Part shown: positions 1-7,288 of the stretch, in pieces
Layout of the letters: every line of letters begins with the position of its first letter
How positions within the stretch are numbered: position 1 is the stretch's first letter
Source: a virus
Taxonomy: Duplodnaviria > Heunggongvirae > Uroviricota > Caudoviricetes
DNA length: 64,000 nucleotides
IMG/VR virus record: IMGVR_UViG_3300018432_000003
Span: 19,394 to 83,393 of that record
Reading direction: 5' to 3' (one strand)
Program-made: the position numbers and the translations under genes
The notes under the pieces: model-generated
Seen by the model: only the letters and a program-made list of their open reading frames with translations
Told to the model about the DNA's origin: nothing
The model's database searches: none

Positions 1-47
1 TTAGTGCCTCGTCCTTTCGTCTGCTTTGCTGTCATATACTCTCCTAG

Positions 48-120
48 TAGACCACATAGGATTCGAACCTATACTGAGCGGTACTTAAAGCCGCTGCCTC
101 TGCCGTTGGGCTAGTGGTCC
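48..120 (-). tRNA. tRNA, anticodon UAA (Leu-like) but short variable arm; identity uncertain
   Basis: RC shows acceptor ggaccac/gtggtct, T-arm atagg-attcgaa-cctat, anticodon stem gcggt/gccgc around loop reading UUUAAGU on the - strand; C31.A39 mismatch. Confidence 0.6.
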
Positions 121-126
121 GAAAAG

Positions 127-209
127 TACCCACATTCGGAGTCGAACCGAAACGCACTAAGGGCACAGGGTTTTGAATCCTGCGTGTCTACCAATTCCAC
201 CATGCGGGC
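127..209 (-). tRNA. tRNA-Leu (CAA), type II
   Basis: T-arm ttcgg-agtcgaa-ccgaa, long variable region, anticodon loop UUCAAAA on - strand, 83 nt. Confidence 0.6.
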
Positions 210-220
210 ATATTGTGAAG

Positions 221-292
221 GGCGATGGACCGGACTCGAACCGGCACTTTAGCGGACACAACGCTAATTTCTGCCATTGAATTACCAACGCC
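221..292 (-). tRNA. tRNA-His (GUG)
   Basis: T-arm accgg-actcgaa-ccggc; anticodon stem tagcg/cgcta with loop UUGUGUC; extra 5' G(-1) opposite discriminator C as in His tRNAs. Confidence 0.65.
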
Positions 293-350
293 ATGATTGT
301 ACTTTGGGACGCGGGTACCGTTATAGCCACTGGACTTCTCCCAAAGTAAG

Positions 351-432
351 TACCGCCCACGAGAGTCGAACTCGTACGCCTGTGAAGCACTGACTCCTCA
401 AGCCAGCGTGTCTACCATTCCACCAGAGCGGC
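351..432 (-). tRNA. tRNA type II (long variable arm), anticodon tentatively GAG (Leu)
   Basis: T-arm acgag-agtcgaa-ctcgt, acceptor accgccc/gagcggc with G-U pairs, 82 nt; anticodon arm assignment ambiguous. Confidence 0.5.
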
Positions 433-483
433 ATATAGAGGTCAATAGCGGCGAAGGGGTTTCCTTAGCCGCCACTGCCCAAG

Positions 484-566
484 TACGAGTAGAGGGATTC
501 GAACCCACACGCCCGAAGGCACTGCGTTCTAAGCGCAGCCTGTCTACCAATTCCATGCATACTCGC
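484..566 (-). tRNA. tRNA-Leu (UAG), type II
   Basis: T-arm gaggg-attcgaa-cccac, variable hairpin gcc-cgaa-ggc, anticodon stem ctgcg/cgcag loop CUUAGAA on - strand. Confidence 0.65.
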
Positions 567-580
567 AAGTTGTGTAAAAG

Positions 581-669
581 CGGAGGTAGTAGGAGTCGAA
601 CCCACACGATGACACCTCTGCCACCATCACGGTTTTCAAGACCGATAAGCACGCCAATGCGTACCCCCG
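581..669 (-). tRNA. tRNA-Ser (UGA), type II
   Basis: T-arm gtagg-agtcgaa-cccac, 89 nt with long variable arm, anticodon loop CUUGAAA. Confidence 0.6.
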
Positions 670-673
670 TAAG

Positions 674-760
674 CGGAAAGCCTGGGACTTGAACCCAGAA
701 CGTGACGTTATGCACGCGCTTCCTTAGCAGGGAAGTTCCTCGTCCAGCCGGTCACTTTCC
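674..760 (-). tRNA. tRNA-Ser (GCU), type II
   Basis: T-arm ctggg-acttgaa-cccag, anticodon stem cttcc/ggaag loop CUGCUAA, 87 nt. Confidence 0.65.
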
Positions 761-874
761 ATATTGTCCAACGTGCCCCAACCAATCGCACGCCAGTTCG
801 GACGGCATAACGCGCCCTTACCATAATGTGCTGTGGAGCGAAGTCCACAGAGCGAGGGGGTTATGTTGTGTAAG

Positions 875-946
875 TGGGCCAGGAAGGATTCGAACCTACG
901 GCTTCCTCTTTGTAAGAGAGGCACTCTCCCGCTGAGTTACAAGCCC
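875..946 (-). tRNA. tRNA-Val (UAC)
   Basis: T-arm gaagg-attcgaa-cctac, anticodon stem cctct/agagg loop CUUACAA. Confidence 0.65.
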
Positions 947-954
947 ATTATAAG

Positions 955-1025
955 TACCGATACCCGGATTCGAACCGAGGCTACAACCTTGAGAGGGTTG
1001 CGTGCTACCGCTACACAATACCGGC
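955..1025 (-). tRNA. tRNA-Glu (CUC)
   Basis: T-arm cccgg-attcgaa-ccgag, anticodon stem caacc/ggttg loop CUCUCAA. Confidence 0.65.
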
Positions 1026-1031
1026 ATAAAG

Positions 1032-1102
1032 CTCCGGGCCGTGGAATCGAACCACGATTTCTGGATTCAGAGTCCAGCGTGCTGCCTTTACACCATCCCG
1101 AA
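1032..1102 (-). tRNA. tRNA-Gln (CUG)
   Basis: T-arm cgtgg-aatcgaa-ccacg, anticodon stem ctgga/tccag loop CUCUGAA; U1-A72 start as in Gln tRNAs. Confidence 0.65.
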
Positions 1103-1188
1103 ATAGATTGTTACCAACTGCGCTTTCCGAAGATACTCCAAGTGCGCTTAATCACCAGAATCTCCTTGTCATGTTGCCTCCTTTGTTG

Positions 1189-1262
1189 TGGACGTACTAG
1201 GACTCGAACCTAGGACTTCCTCTTTATGAGAGAGTTGCTCTAACCAACTGAACTATACGTCC
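1189..1262 (-). tRNA. tRNA with CAU anticodon (elongator Met or Ile-lysidine)
   Basis: Perfect acceptor ggacgta/tacgtcc, T-arm ctagg-actcgaa-cctag, anticodon loop CUCAUAA. Confidence 0.7.
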
Positions 1263-1267
1263 AAAAG

Positions 1268-1339
1268 AGACTCTAGTTGGATTCGAACCAACGTGTACGG
1301 GGTTGCAACCCGCTACCTCCACCACTCGGCCATAGAGTC
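1268..1339 (-). tRNA. tRNA-Cys (GCA)
   Basis: Perfect acceptor gactcta/tagagtc, T-arm gttgg-attcgaa-ccaac, anticodon loop UUGCAAC. Confidence 0.7.
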
Positions 1340-1351
1340 AATGAGATTATA

Positions 1352-1443
1352 CTTGGGGGCAGGGAATCGAACCGTGCCATTTGGAAGTAGCCTTCAACTA
1401 GAGGTTCCACGCATCCACGTTTTACCACTTAAACTACCCAAGT
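1352..1443 (-). tRNA. tRNA-like gene, type II length, anticodon not resolvable (possible aberrant or pseudo tRNA)
   Basis: T-arm caggg-aatcgaa-ccgtg and D-arm-like gttt-aagtggtaa-aaac present but acceptor stem has 2 mismatches and no clean anticodon stem found. Confidence 0.35.
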
Positions 1444-1538
1444 AAAATCATCTCGGATTTCCAGCCTCCAGGTCACCGAGGACTACGCCATGTAGCCATG
1501 CCTTGTTGTTTCATACCCTCGTGGTATGAACCCACCAG

Positions 1539-1612
1539 TCGGGAATGTTGGACTCGAACCAACGACCACTCGCATCCGAAGCGAGTACGCTACCAAACTG
1601 CGCCAATTCCCG
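1539..1612 (-). tRNA. tRNA-Pro (CGG)
   Basis: Perfect acceptor cgggaat/attcccg, T-arm gttgg-actcgaa-ccaac, anticodon stem ctcgc/gcgag loop UUCGGAU. Confidence 0.7.
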
Positions 1613-1646
1613 TTTGCGTGTTTTGGTGTGGTTGCACGCTCCACAG

Positions 1647-1720
1647 TTGGCGTGCTCGGACTCGAACCGAGAACCCCTGCGTTCCAAACGCAGCACTCTG
1701 ACCAATTGAGCTACACACCA
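1647..1720 (-). tRNA. tRNA-Pro (UGG)
   Basis: T-arm ctcgg-actcgaa-ccgag, anticodon stem ctgcg/cgcag loop UUUGGAA. Confidence 0.7.
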
Positions 1721-1729
1721 ATTGTAAAG

Positions 1730-1801
1730 TGGTTTCGGTAGGAATCGAACCTACGACACGATGGGCTTCAACCAACTGCTCTACCTCTGAGCTACGAAAC
1801 C
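1730..1801 (-). tRNA. tRNA-Phe (GAA)
   Basis: Perfect acceptor ggtttcg/cgaaacc, T-arm gtagg-aatcgaa-cctac, anticodon loop UUGAAGC (one stem mismatch). Confidence 0.6.
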
Positions 1802-1807
1802 ATGTTG

Positions 1808-1879
1808 CTCCCCGACTAGGATTCGAACCTAGGACATACGCATTAACAGTGCGCCGTTCTGCCGCTGAACTATCAGGGA
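1808..1879 (-). tRNA. tRNA-Asn (GUU)
   Basis: T-arm ctagg-attcgaa-cctag, anticodon stem acgca/tgcgc loop CUGUUAA, U1-A72. Confidence 0.65.
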
Positions 1880-1976
1880 ATGTTACCCGTTATCGCCCCC
1901 AACTGGTTTAGCCGATAGTGGGACTTCCGGCCTACGCAGCGGTCCCACAGGGCGTTGTAGCCACGGGTGGGGCTAG

Positions 1977-2058
1977 TGGATGCACTAGGATTCGAACCTA
2001 GGTAGCACATGGCAACAGGTTTACAGCCTGCCCTCGTTGTCCGCTTGAGTATACATCC
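1977..2058 (-). tRNA. tRNA-Tyr (GUA), type II
   Basis: T-arm ctagg-attcgaa-cctag, 82 nt with long variable arm, anticodon loop CUGUAAA. Confidence 0.65.
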
Positions 2059-2075
2059 ATATTGTATGCCCCAGA

Positions 2076-2117
2076 ACGCCAGTTCCAATGTTGGGAATCG
2101 AACCCGGAGCATATAGT
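2076..2117 (-). pseudogene. tRNA 3'-half remnant (acceptor 3' strand + T-arm only)
   Basis: ttggg-aatcgaa-cccgg T-arm-like motif but only ~40 nt before the next complete tRNA; no room for D/anticodon arms. Confidence 0.35.
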
Positions 2118-2191
2118 AATGACGGGTGGACTCGAACCACCGACGTACAGGATATGAGCCTGCTGTTCTGCCGACTGAACTACGCCATCAT
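2118..2191 (-). tRNA. tRNA with CAU anticodon (Met/Ile2-like; A1-U72, not initiator-like)
   Basis: Acceptor atgacgg/ccatcat, T-arm gtgg-actcgaa-ccac, anticodon stem acagg/cctgc loop CUCAUAU. Confidence 0.6.
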
Positions 2192-2196
2192 GTGAG

Positions 2197-2269
2197 CGGA
2201 AGTGACGAGAATCGAACTCGCTCTTGAACCGTGACAGGGTTCCGTGCAGGACCACCACACTACACCTCC
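2197..2269 (-). tRNA. tRNA-Asp (GUC)
   Basis: T-arm acgag-aatcgaa-ctcgc, anticodon stem gaacc/ggttc loop CUGUCAC, discriminator G. Confidence 0.7.
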
Positions 2270-2309
2270 GATGGGGCAGTTGTTTCAGGCACAGCTACCA
2301 AAGCCTCAT

Positions 2310-2378
2310 AGCGGGTTACAGAGTCGAACTGCAAACACGAGGACATGAACCTCGTATGTTACCTTTACACCAACCCGC
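2310..2378 (-). tRNA. tRNA with CAU anticodon (third CAU species: fMet/Met/Ile2 candidate)
   Basis: Perfect 7-bp acceptor gcgggtt/aacccgc, anticodon stem cgagg/cctcg loop UUCAUGU, weak T-stem. Confidence 0.55.
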
Positions 2379-2387
2379 ACGCTATAG

Positions 2388-2626
2388 TGGAACCGGCGGG
2401 GGTTGAACCCGCGTCTTGAATCGAATCATTGGGAGTAGTTCTTTGAGTGTTTCTATCCGTATTAGAGGGCTGCTACTAGTTCCCTTTCCTCTACGGTCAC
2501 AGTGTCAACGTCTGCGAGGAATGACTCAATCTCTGCCGCCAAGTCCTCAGCTTCCTGAGATACTACAATATCATTGCCGTGTGTTTGTTCTGCCCCTATC
2601 AATCCAATCGAAACCAGTACGGCCCC
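2388..2626 (-). ncRNA. ssrA: tmRNA (SsrA)-like RNA, compact ~239 nt; tag ORF at 2462-2536 (-) encoding AEIESFLADVDTVTVEERELVAAL
   Basis: The - strand 5' end GGGGCCGTACTGGTTTCGATTGG parallels E. coli ssrA GGGGCTGATTCTGGATTCGACGGG. The 3' end GACGCGGGTTCAACCCCCGCCGGTTCCA parallels GACGCGGGTTCAACTCCCGCCAGCTCCA. The 5' GGGGCCG pairs with 3' CGGTTCC and includes a G3.U70 wobble. An in-frame GCA resume codon lies ~90 nt from the 5' end and the ORF ends AAL-stop 45 nt before the T-arm. CCA is not encoded. Confidence 0.55.
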
Positions 2627-2915
2627 AAAAGGGTCGCCCCCGCTCCCCGAGAGAAGCGGGCACGATATAAGTTGGAAGGTGGGACTGTCATCCCACAACG
2701 AGAGGTAAAGCCTTGACATCGCAAGTCTGCTCTCGACCTCACACGCTCCCCGGTAAGGGTAACACAGTCTACTAACCCCTCGGCTTTCGGGCCTCACACG
2801 GTAATGTCCCGCTACATGGCACTCTTCTGCGTTGCACGTATGCGACATTATCCCCGACGCTTTACGGCAGGGATTTTTCTGCCACTTCCGGTAGCCAGCC
2901 GTCGCCAGCTACTAG

Positions 2916-2987
2916 TAGGACATGACGGATTCGAACCGACACCGGCCACCTTGAAAGGGTGGTGAGCTTCCGTTACTCCAATGTCCC
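2916..2987 (-). tRNA. tRNA-Glu (UUC)
   Basis: T-arm gacgg-attcgaa-ccgac, anticodon stem ccacc/ggtgg loop CUUUCAA. Confidence 0.65.
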
Positions 2988-3169
2988 AAGCGTACGTGGA
3001 GAGGGCGGGGCGGGTCGTCCACCCATCTTCTAATCCCACACGATTCCTAGCAGGACTCCACGTACAATCTTTATATACACTATCATTCAGTTGTCAATGT
3101 CCGTATAGCAGTTTCTCAACGCTATAATTACATTATACCACAGACTCGGCACTTTGTCAAGTCCGTCAG

Positions 3170-3237
3170 CACGGATGGTAGGAATCGAACCCACTTCCGC
3201 AGTTTTGGAGGCTGCGTAACCGCCTTGGCTCACCCGT
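3170..3237 (-). tRNA. tRNA-Trp (CCA), short D-region
   Basis: T-arm gtagg-aatcgaa-cccac, anticodon loop CUCCAAA with C31.A39 mismatch, acceptor acggatg/cacccgt. Confidence 0.5.
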
Positions 3238-3247
3238 ATATATCTTA

Positions 3248-3276
3248 ATTATACACCACATCGTGCAAGTTGTCAA
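3248..3276 (-). promoter_or_regulatory. sigma70-type promoter for the tRNA/tmRNA array (TTGACA-N17-TGTATAAT on - strand)
   Basis: RC of 3245-3280 reads gcacTTGACAacttgcacgatgtggtgTATAATtaa; predicted TSS ~3241, 4 nt upstream of tRNA-Trp 5' end. Confidence 0.6.
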
Positions 3277-3348
3277 GTGCTTCATGGGGTGTATAAAAAT
3301 TACCCCTCTACTTATAATGGAGACGATAGGTTCCGGGGGGTCCAAAAG

Positions 3349-3657
3349 TCAATCAGCAAAGTCGGGATTGTCTCCCCACATCTCCGCCCCGTACATATCA
3401 TCCACACTATTCTGCCACATCTTTCCTTTCTTCTGTCGCTCTCTGTGCCGTATGAGGAAGTTGGTTATCCCTCTCACTATATTATACCTCAGTTGGTCCT
3501 CATTGTCAACCTCTTTCTCCAAGGCGTTGATAAGACCCTCCTGCACGGCATCATCTATAACACTCATCTCCCCATTCTTACGGTCTATCCTACTCTCAGC
3601 TACAGTCCTAGCGTAAGGTATCAAGTCCAAGAGAAGGGCGTTCTTATCGCCATTCAC
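3349..3657 (-). CDS. hypothetical protein (102 aa)
   Basis: ORF in leftward operon, 14-nt overlap with upstream gene. Confidence 0.45.
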   Translation of the reverse strand: MNGDKNALLLDLIPYARTVAESRIDRKNGEMSVIDDAVQEGLINALEKEVDNEDQLRYNIVRGITNFLIRHRERQKKGKMWQNSVDDMYGAEMWGDNPDFAD

Positions 3658-4246
3658 TCGGCACCCTCTCCTTCACTATGGTTCGTATGCGCTTCTCACC
3701 GAAATCCTTCTCGTACTTGAGGAATAGGTTCCTGTGTGCATCTGCGGGTGCGATTCCACTTTCACGGTATCTAACAAACGCTGCTGCAACCTCATTGTAC
3801 TTGTCCTCCATCAGTGCTTCAGTGTGGGTTGTGTCTGCCACGGATGCACGACGAACGAAGATGTCCTCGTCGTTGATGAAGTCAGCCAGCCATGTTATCC
3901 CTTCATCTGCACACAGTAGGATGGTGTTCTTCGGGTTCTGCCGTCTAAGGAACTCCAAGTCACTGTGACCGGCTTCCGGGTGCATGAACACCGACAAGAT
4001 TCCATTATACCACTCTGGGTGCTCCCTGTCAAGTTCCGAGAGAGCGTACTCTAGTGTCGCGTAAGTCTCACCGATTACCGAGTTGCTGTCCATCCTAGCT
4101 TCCAACTCCGGGGTCATCGGCCAAGACTCTTCCGCACCGAAGTTGTCACCCGCTGGCACGTAGGCAGTCTGCGGCCCAGGTGGTAGGATGTTCATGTAAT
4201 CAGCAAGGAGCGTTGCTATATCCTTGCGTTTAATCTCGCTTGCCAT
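3644..4246 (-). CDS. hypothetical protein (200 aa), acidic
   Basis: First gene of leftward unit diverging from the 4247-4356 AT-rich promoter region. Confidence 0.5.
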   Translation of the reverse strand: MASEIKRKDIATLLADYMNILPPGPQTAYVPAGDNFGAEESWPMTPELEARMDSNSVIGETYATLEYALSELDREHPEWYNGILSVFMHPEAGHSDLEFLRRQNPKNTILLCADEGITWLADFINDEDIFVRRASVADTTHTEALMEDKYNEVAAAFVRYRESGIAPADAHRNLFLKYEKDFGEKRIRTIVKERVPSEWR

Positions 4247-4323
4247 CTAGTCTCCTGTTCTAAGGCGTGTAATTTATGACCATACTTACATTATAACACA
4301 CTAAGCATGTAATGTCAAGTCTC

Positions 4324-4352
4324 TTGACTTTTCGCAAGAGATGTGCTATAAT
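4324..4352 (+). promoter_or_regulatory. sigma70-type promoter TTGACT-N17-TGcTATAAT
   Basis: cTTGACTtttcgcaagagatgtgcTATAATg; 28 nt upstream of AGGAGG-ATG at 4381. Confidence 0.6.
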
Positions 4353-4380
4353 GTAAGTGTACCCTATAAACAGGAGGATA

Positions 4381-4746
4381 ATGAGTAAGAAGTCACGTAG
4401 AGCGGGACGGAGGAATCGCCCGAGTAGGGAAGAGCGTTTGCAGGCTAGGATTGAGGCAGGCGTCCCTCACGGAAGGCCGAAGGGTGGTAGCGTCCGTCAC
4501 AGGCTCCCAATGAACATGAACGAAGTGAGGCAGTTGCTCAGTGCGAAAGGCAAGCACAAGTATCTCCGACACCCTATCGGCGGTAAAGAGAATCGGTATT
4601 GGGATAAGCTATGGCAGTATAAAGGTCGTCCGTACAATAAGACACCTTATAAGGGCGACAGCAAGCGGCGTAAAATCCGTCAGGAGAGACAGAGCAAGTC
4701 GTGGAGGTTGAAGCGCGAGCGCAACAATCAGAAGAAGGTAGCGTGA
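4381..4746 (+). CDS. highly basic Arg/Lys-rich small protein (possible nucleic-acid binding)
   Basis: ATG at 4381 preceded by AGGAGGATA SD (ORF track starts at GTG 4357); about 30% R+K. Confidence 0.55.
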   Translation: MSKKSRRAGRRNRPSREERLQARIEAGVPHGRPKGGSVRHRLPMNMNEVRQLLSAKGKHKYLRHPIGGKENRYWDKLWQYKGRPYNKTPYKGDSKRRKIRQERQSKSWRLKRERNNQKKVA

Positions 4747-4752
4747 CCTATC

Positions 4753-5049
4753 ATGGTATGGATTGTATGTGGCGCGATGCTTATGTCGTCTTTATACCCA
4801 ATCCATCTGGCGGTGAACTATTTCCATTCACTATACACGTCAAGCAAAGGCCAATCAAATCAGGAGAGGTACCGGCACTATCGAGTCTCACTAGTTGCAC
4901 TCGGACAGCTTGTTCTGATAATGGGCCTTGCGATGTGTGCGTGGGGTGCAGCAAGCACGTACATACCGACCTCCGTGGTAGAAACTCGTTCGGCGGCAGA
5001 CTCGGATGGGAAAATCCCGGCGTATCCAGTCCATCCCATAGGTCCCTAG
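4753..5049 (+). CDS. hypothetical membrane protein (98 aa)
   Basis: ORF with two hydrophobic segments, start adjacent to upstream stop. Confidence 0.45.
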   Translation: MVWIVCGAMLMSSLYPIHLAVNYFHSLYTSSKGQSNQERYRHYRVSLVALGQLVLIMGLAMCAWGAASTYIPTSVVETRSAADSDGKIPAYPVHPIGP

Positions 5050-5065
5050 TGGAAGGACCGTTCAC

Positions 5066-5581
5066 ATGAAACCCAGATGGTTCTACGACTACATTGGCAT
5101 GGTAGCGAAGCACGACCATAAGCTAGGCTTGAAAGCGTGGGACGCTGAGCTTCTCGACCACGTTGCAATAGATGTAACGATAAAGCAGGAACACACTGAC
5201 ATATATGACCCTATTGACGGTATGGGCGGGAGTATAGCCACCTTACCAGGGTTCTCTCAGTTGTACGTTGATGTCAAGGACGTGCCAGTGGGGGATATAC
5301 CTCCAAGGTTTAATCCAATCAGGATGTGGGCGAGAGCCGATAGCTTGAACTACTACATCATCGACATGAACCCGGACAACGGTCAGTATCGACCGCTGTG
5401 CTTGTTCGAAAATATGTACATAGACTACGGCGCAGCGCAGCATTCATGGCGCGGTGGTAGGCTTGATGAAGAGTGGACACACTACGAGCGTTGGGTACCA
5501 GACGAGAAGTGGTACTTCATCTATCCGATGAACATGACTGTCAGTACAAAGAACAAGAGAAAGCAGATGGACCTGTGGTAA
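5066..5581 (+). CDS. hypothetical protein (171 aa)
   Basis: ORF, SD-like upstream, no recognisable motif. Confidence 0.5.
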   Translation: MKPRWFYDYIGMVAKHDHKLGLKAWDAELLDHVAIDVTIKQEHTDIYDPIDGMGGSIATLPGFSQLYVDVKDVPVGDIPPRFNPIRMWARADSLNYYIIDMNPDNGQYRPLCLFENMYIDYGAAQHSWRGGRLDEEWTHYERWVPDEKWYFIYPMNMTVSTKNKRKQMDLW

Positions 5582-5775
5582 TAACCCTAGTGTGCTTGGC
5601 GGTTGGTCTTGCCCTAGTGGGAGTAGGGTGTACCTCCCGAGCGAACAACATACGGTCGAACACTGAGTACAACTACTTGAAGTGGGTAGTGTACGACACG
5701 ATAGGTGTGATGTCCTTGAGCTTCGCAATGTTGGTGGCAGGGCTGTTGGCGTTCGTCCTCCTGTCCTTCTTATAG
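5575..5775 (+). CDS. small membrane protein (GTG start, ~66 aa)
   Basis: Two TM helices (VITLVCLAVGLALVGVG / VMSLSFAMLVAGLLAFVLL); start overlaps upstream stop. Confidence 0.35.
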   Translation: MVITLVCLAVGLALVGVGCTSRANNIRSNTEYNYLKWVVYDTIGVMSLSFAMLVAGLLAFVLLSFL

Positions 5776-5894
5776 TGAGAGAGGTTTCTTATCTATAGGT
5801 TAAAGAGAACCGTTAAATTAACAGTAGAAACATCCCTTATATATTACTATATAAAGATAAAGAGCGCGTGTGCGCACGCACGCACGAGGGTAAT

Positions 5895-6317
5895 ATGCGT
5901 AGATGGTTGACGGAGAAGATACTGGAAGCTGGATACAGTATGGACAATAGGGCGCTGAGTTGGTTGGAAGAGAACAACGAAAGGACGTTATCGAAAATGG
6001 GTTATCACGACAAGAACTTCGGAGTGCCTGGGCCGATACTCGGTGAGGTACCTAGCGGTGAGGAAGGCAGTTACGCCTTGACGCAGAAAGACCCTGAGAT
6101 TGCCAAGGTTAAGAGAGTTGCTGCCAGTAACGTACTGTGGGCGTACGCCGAAGGGTATACTTCAGGAGCGGCTGACTGCGAGAATGCGAATGCCGATAAG
6201 TTGCAGGATTACCTGAGAGCCATAGCAATCAATAACCCTAGCTTGAAGTTCATGGAGTACGGTGCTGTTGAGGACCTGATACGTCAGCAGTTGTATCGGT
6301 GCTACCCTGAGAGTTGA
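5895..6317 (+). CDS. hypothetical protein (~140 aa)
   Basis: ATG at 5895 after GAGGG SD (track start 5868); AT-rich leader upstream. Confidence 0.5.
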   Translation: MRRWLTEKILEAGYSMDNRALSWLEENNERTLSKMGYHDKNFGVPGPILGEVPSGEEGSYALTQKDPEIAKVKRVAASNVLWAYAEGYTSGAADCENANADKLQDYLRAIAINNPSLKFMEYGAVEDLIRQQLYRCYPES

Positions 6318-6342
6318 CAACGACCCCGATATGTGGTATAAT
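6314..6342 (+). promoter_or_regulatory. sigma70-type promoter TTGACA-N17-TGgTATAAT
   Basis: gTTGACAacgaccccgatatgtggTATAATg. Confidence 0.6.
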
Positions 6343-6385
6343 GTAATTATAACGGTTGACACCGAGCAGAAAGGACTGCACACAT

Positions 6386-7288
6386 ATGGGTTACTTGGAT
6401 GACTTCATCCATTGGTTGAATAACGAAGTCGGTGGGGAAGGACCCTTACCAGGGTTGGACCACGGTGACTTCGGACAGATTATGGGTGAGAGCCTCTCAA
6501 GGCACTACGCTGAGGACAGACAGAAGGGTGGCTTGCGAATGAGCAACATCGGCAAGCCTGCCGCAGTGCTCGCACTCGCCCACCTAGGGTACGTTGAACC
6601 TGAACCTAAAGGTAAGTCTCGCATAATCTTCCTGATGGGTGACATGTACGAGAACTGGTTGGAGGTCATGCTCAAGGTTTACGGATTTGAAATCATAGAG
6701 AGCCAGCCTGAGATGAACTTCATGGGTATTACAGGTCACGCCGACTTCGTGATTAAGAACCCTGAGAACGATGAACCACTCATCATTGAAGCTAAGACGA
6801 TGAGTGAAGGGTATGCGAGGATGTTCTCACGGGAACTCAACGACGACCGGGGGTACATATCACAGCTTGGCATGTACAGTCACGGTTATCGGAAGGAACC
6901 TACCGACTGTACTTGGGTGTGTTTCAATAAAGGGAATGCCGAGACATTCGAGTTGGTCCCACCGGAAGGGTTGATACTCCAAAGACTCGACCGCGCCGAA
7001 CAGGTCATCAAGAGGGTTCGGAGGGTTAAGTCCGTTGAGGACATCTTGGAACAGGTTAGGGTGCCCCCACCGAGGCCGGAAGTCTACCAGAAGAAGGAGA
7101 CTGGTAAGTTCCTCGTTCCAGGGTCCTTATCGTACAGTCCTTTCAAGCGTGCCCTCTACGTTACATCCGACGGAACTAACGGGTACGGTAAGCCTACCAC
7201 TTACGTGGATAGGGAAGCCGACAGTGCGCACTTGAAGAAGGAACTTGAACTACTAGTTGAGTCAGGTACGGTGATGCTCGATGGTTGA
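6386..7288 (+). CDS. PD-(D/E)XK nuclease, RecB/YqaJ-like exonuclease candidate
   Basis: GHADFVI...IIEAKT (D...ExK core) plus YISQLGMY; ATG 6386 after AAAGGA SD (track start 6356). Confidence 0.45.
   Translation: MGYLDDFIHWLNNEVGGEGPLPGLDHGDFGQIMGESLSRHYAEDRQKGGLRMSNIGKPAAVLALAHLGYVEPEPKGKSRIIFLMGDMYENWLEVMLKVYGFEIIESQPEMNFMGITGHADFVIKNPENDEPLIIEAKTMSEGYARMFSRELNDDRGYISQLGMYSHGYRKEPTDCTWVCFNKGNAETFELVPPEGLILQRLDRAEQVIKRVRRVKSVEDILEQVRVPPPRPEVYQKKETGKFLVPGSLSYSPFKRALYVTSDGTNGYGKPTTYVDREADSAHLKKELELLVESGTVMLDG

Noticed and set aside
2076-2117. Complete tRNA at this position
   Set aside because: Only ~40 nt are available before the next tRNA, so just an acceptor/T-arm fragment is present. It is recorded as a remnant instead.
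157-2258. Numerous 60-130 aa ORFs on both strands across the tRNA array (e.g. 157-390, 398-715, 408-692, 833-1213, 1498-1701, 1998-2258)
   Set aside because: They overlap canonical tRNA genes, are rich in Arg/Ser/Pro/Thr as expected from GC-rich tRNA stems, and lack ribosome-binding sites.
2394-2470. Initial call of an additional tRNA from the GCGGG-GTTGAA-CCCGC T-arm
   Set aside because: No D or anticodon arm fits. The motif is better explained as the T-arm of the tmRNA, whose 5' partner lies 230 nt away.
2462-2848. 128-aa minus-strand ORF spanning the tmRNA region
   Set aside because: Only its last ~24 codons correspond to the tmRNA tag frame. The upstream part runs through the tmRNA 5' domain and the spacer and has non-protein-like composition.
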